Shown here one piece after another: positions 62,513 to 64,000 of a stretch of 64,000 nucleotides of DNA (positions are counted from its first letter, which is position 1; each line of letters starts with the position of its first letter). This DNA comes from Planctomycetota bacterium (GTDB lineage: Bacteria > Planctomycetota > UBA8108 > SXIK01): positions 1,184,001-1,248,000 of the forward strand of contig OZ244999.1 in the NCBI GenBank assembly GCA_965223265.1, given 5' to 3'. Below the pieces are notes generated by a model. That model was not told the origin of the DNA. It saw only the letters and a list, made by a program, of their open reading frames with translations, and searched no databases. The position numbers were made by a program, and so were the translations under genes.

Positions 62513-63802
62513 CTACGGCAAGAGCTCTGCGATGGGCCTTGCCGATGCGTCGACCAGCGGCATGGGACGTGCTCCGGGGGCGAGGAATTCCTGCTGGATG
62601 TCGATGCCGAGAGCCGTGCAGATCGTGGCGATGAAGTCGGGTGAAGTGACGGGGCGGTCGACGATTTCCGCTCCAGGGTTCTTGCCTTCGCTCGTCTTGC
62701 CGACGACTTGGCCGGTCCTGATGCCACCGCCCGCCAAGACCGCACTCCAGGCCTTCGAGAAGTGATCCCTTCCTGCGCCGGGCGAACGCCCGAACTCGCC
62801 CATCCAGACAATCAGCGTGTCGTCGAGCATGCCGCGAACCTTGAGGTCGCGGATCAACGTCGCCATGGCGCTATCCATCCAGGGGGCCCTCTGAGCGATG
62901 GGCCCCGCGGCTCCTTCGTGATCGTCCCAGCCGCGGTGCACGACTTCCACGAACGAAACTCCCGTTTCGACCAGTCGCCTGGCGAGCAGACACGATTGGC
63001 CGAACTTGTGATCGCCGTAAGCCTCACGCAGATGGGGAGGTTCGCTGTCCAGGTCAAACGCTTGGGACCTCTTGGACCGCATTAAACGCACCGCTCTATC
63101 GAACGCAGCCTGCTTCGCCCGGACCGCCGGGAGTGCAAATCGCTGTGCGAATCGGTTCTCGCTTTGCAGAAGAAGTTGCAGGCGATTGTCTAAGTCGCGA
63201 CCGGTCGTGGCCAAATTCTCCAGTCCTTTGCGTGGATCATTGACGGCCAGCGGGGCGTGTTGCGGTCCTAAGTACGCCGGCACGCTGCGATAGAGTCGGC
63301 CGCCGTCGTTACGAATGTCCCAGCCTGCGTCGATCGTCACGAAGCCCGGCATGTCCTCGTCTCTAGGTCCGACTTGCGACGAGGCGAGACAACCGATCGC
63401 TGGATGTTCGAACTCCGTTGTTCGTTTGTACCCCGTGTGCAAGAAGTACTTGGCGTCGTAGTGACCGTTGATTTCGGTCGTCATCGATCGCACGATGGCC
63501 ATGTCTTGCATACACCGCGCGAGCTTTGGCAACTGCTCAACAATCTGAATGCCAGGCACTGACGTCGAGATCGTTTTGAACTCACCACCAGGCTTTGGAT
63601 CGAAGGTGTGCTGCTGGCTCGGTCCACCGTCCATCCACAGTAGGATGCATGCCTTCTTCCTGCGCGTCTGCGCAGTGGCCGCATGCGCCAGCGACTCGAA
63701 CCACGGCACGCTACCTCCAGATAAGACCCCTGCGGCGGAGAGTTTGAGCAGATCGCGGCGTTTGATGGTTCGGTCAGAAGTGTTCATTTGATTTCGCTTC
63801 AC
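62513..63802 (-). CDS. DUF1501 family protein
   Basis: 'RRDLLK', 'LWMDGGPSQQHTFDPKP', 'CLLARRLVE.GV', 'MGEFGRSP'. Confidence 0.92.
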   Translation of the reverse strand: MKRNQMNTSDRTIKRRDLLKLSAAGVLSGGSVPWFESLAHAATAQTRRKKACILLWMDGGPSQQHTFDPKPGGEFKTISTSVPGIQIVEQLPKLARCMQDMAIVRSMTTEINGHYDAKYFLHTGYKRTTEFEHPAIGCLASSQVGPRDEDMPGFVTIDAGWDIRNDGGRLYRSVPAYLGPQHAPLAVNDPRKGLENLATTGRDLDNRLQLLLQSENRFAQRFALPAVRAKQAAFDRAVRLMRSKRSQAFDLDSEPPHLREAYGDHKFGQSCLLARRLVETGVSFVEVVHRGWDDHEGAAGPIAQRAPWMDSAMATLIRDLKVRGMLDDTLIVWMGEFGRSPGAGRDHFSKAWSAVLAGGGIRTGQVVGKTSEGKNPGAEIVDRPVTSPDFIATICTALGIDIQQEFLAPGARPMPLVDASARPIAELLP

Positions 63803-63850
63803 TGAGTCGTGTCGGCAGGTCGTCGTCAGCAGTCTTTCCCTGCCCTCGGC

Positions 63851-64000
63851 TCATTGTACCAAAACGTATTCGCTCCGATTCACCAACATCCACAACACTC
63901 CAGTCAGCGCGACCCGATGATCTGACAGCTGGCGAGCGTACTGTATCGCTTCCGCGGCTTCGTTCTCGGTCGGTCGGCGCGAGAGCGTGCTTAGGTACAA
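63851..64000 (-). CDS. DUF1553-domain protein, C-terminal end, truncated by the window edge
   Basis: Reverse translation 'LYLSTLSRRPT..LWMLVNRSEYVLVQ*', upstream of DUF1501. Confidence 0.75.
   Translation of the reverse strand: MYLSTLSRRPTENEAAEAIQYARQLSDHRVALTGVLWMLVNRSEYVLVQ

Overview
GC-rich window, most likely from a Planctomycetota bacterium (inference from two DUF1553/DUF1501 pairs, two DUF1592/DUF1552 pairs, a PVC-type CxxCH protein, an ECF sigma/Ser-Thr kinase pair and secreted proteins with dockerin-like C-termini). The main observation is a putative copper-handling operon with two selenoproteins at 53593-57660. A secreted multicopper oxidase (53593-56172) and a SCO1/SenC copper chaperone (56169-56948) are each split in the ORF track by one in-frame TGA. 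In SCO the TGA replaces the second Cys of the CxxxCP motif (CQGT-U-P). Both TGAs are followed 12-13 nt later by a perfect hairpin with the same 5-nt loop CGUGA, consistent with bacterial SECIS elements. The window also shows gene disruption: two identical 159-bp foldback MITEs (in an M48 peptidase gene and an ankyrin gene), an ISKra4-like element in a YfbM gene, a kinase gene with a 289-bp tandem duplication and a frameshift, and several gene remnants. Other items are a tandem palindromic BlaI-type operator, a dispersed palindromic intergenic repeat and an FG-GAP/PEP-synthase-N/dockerin fusion protein. All family assignments come from motif recognition by eye, with no database searches.
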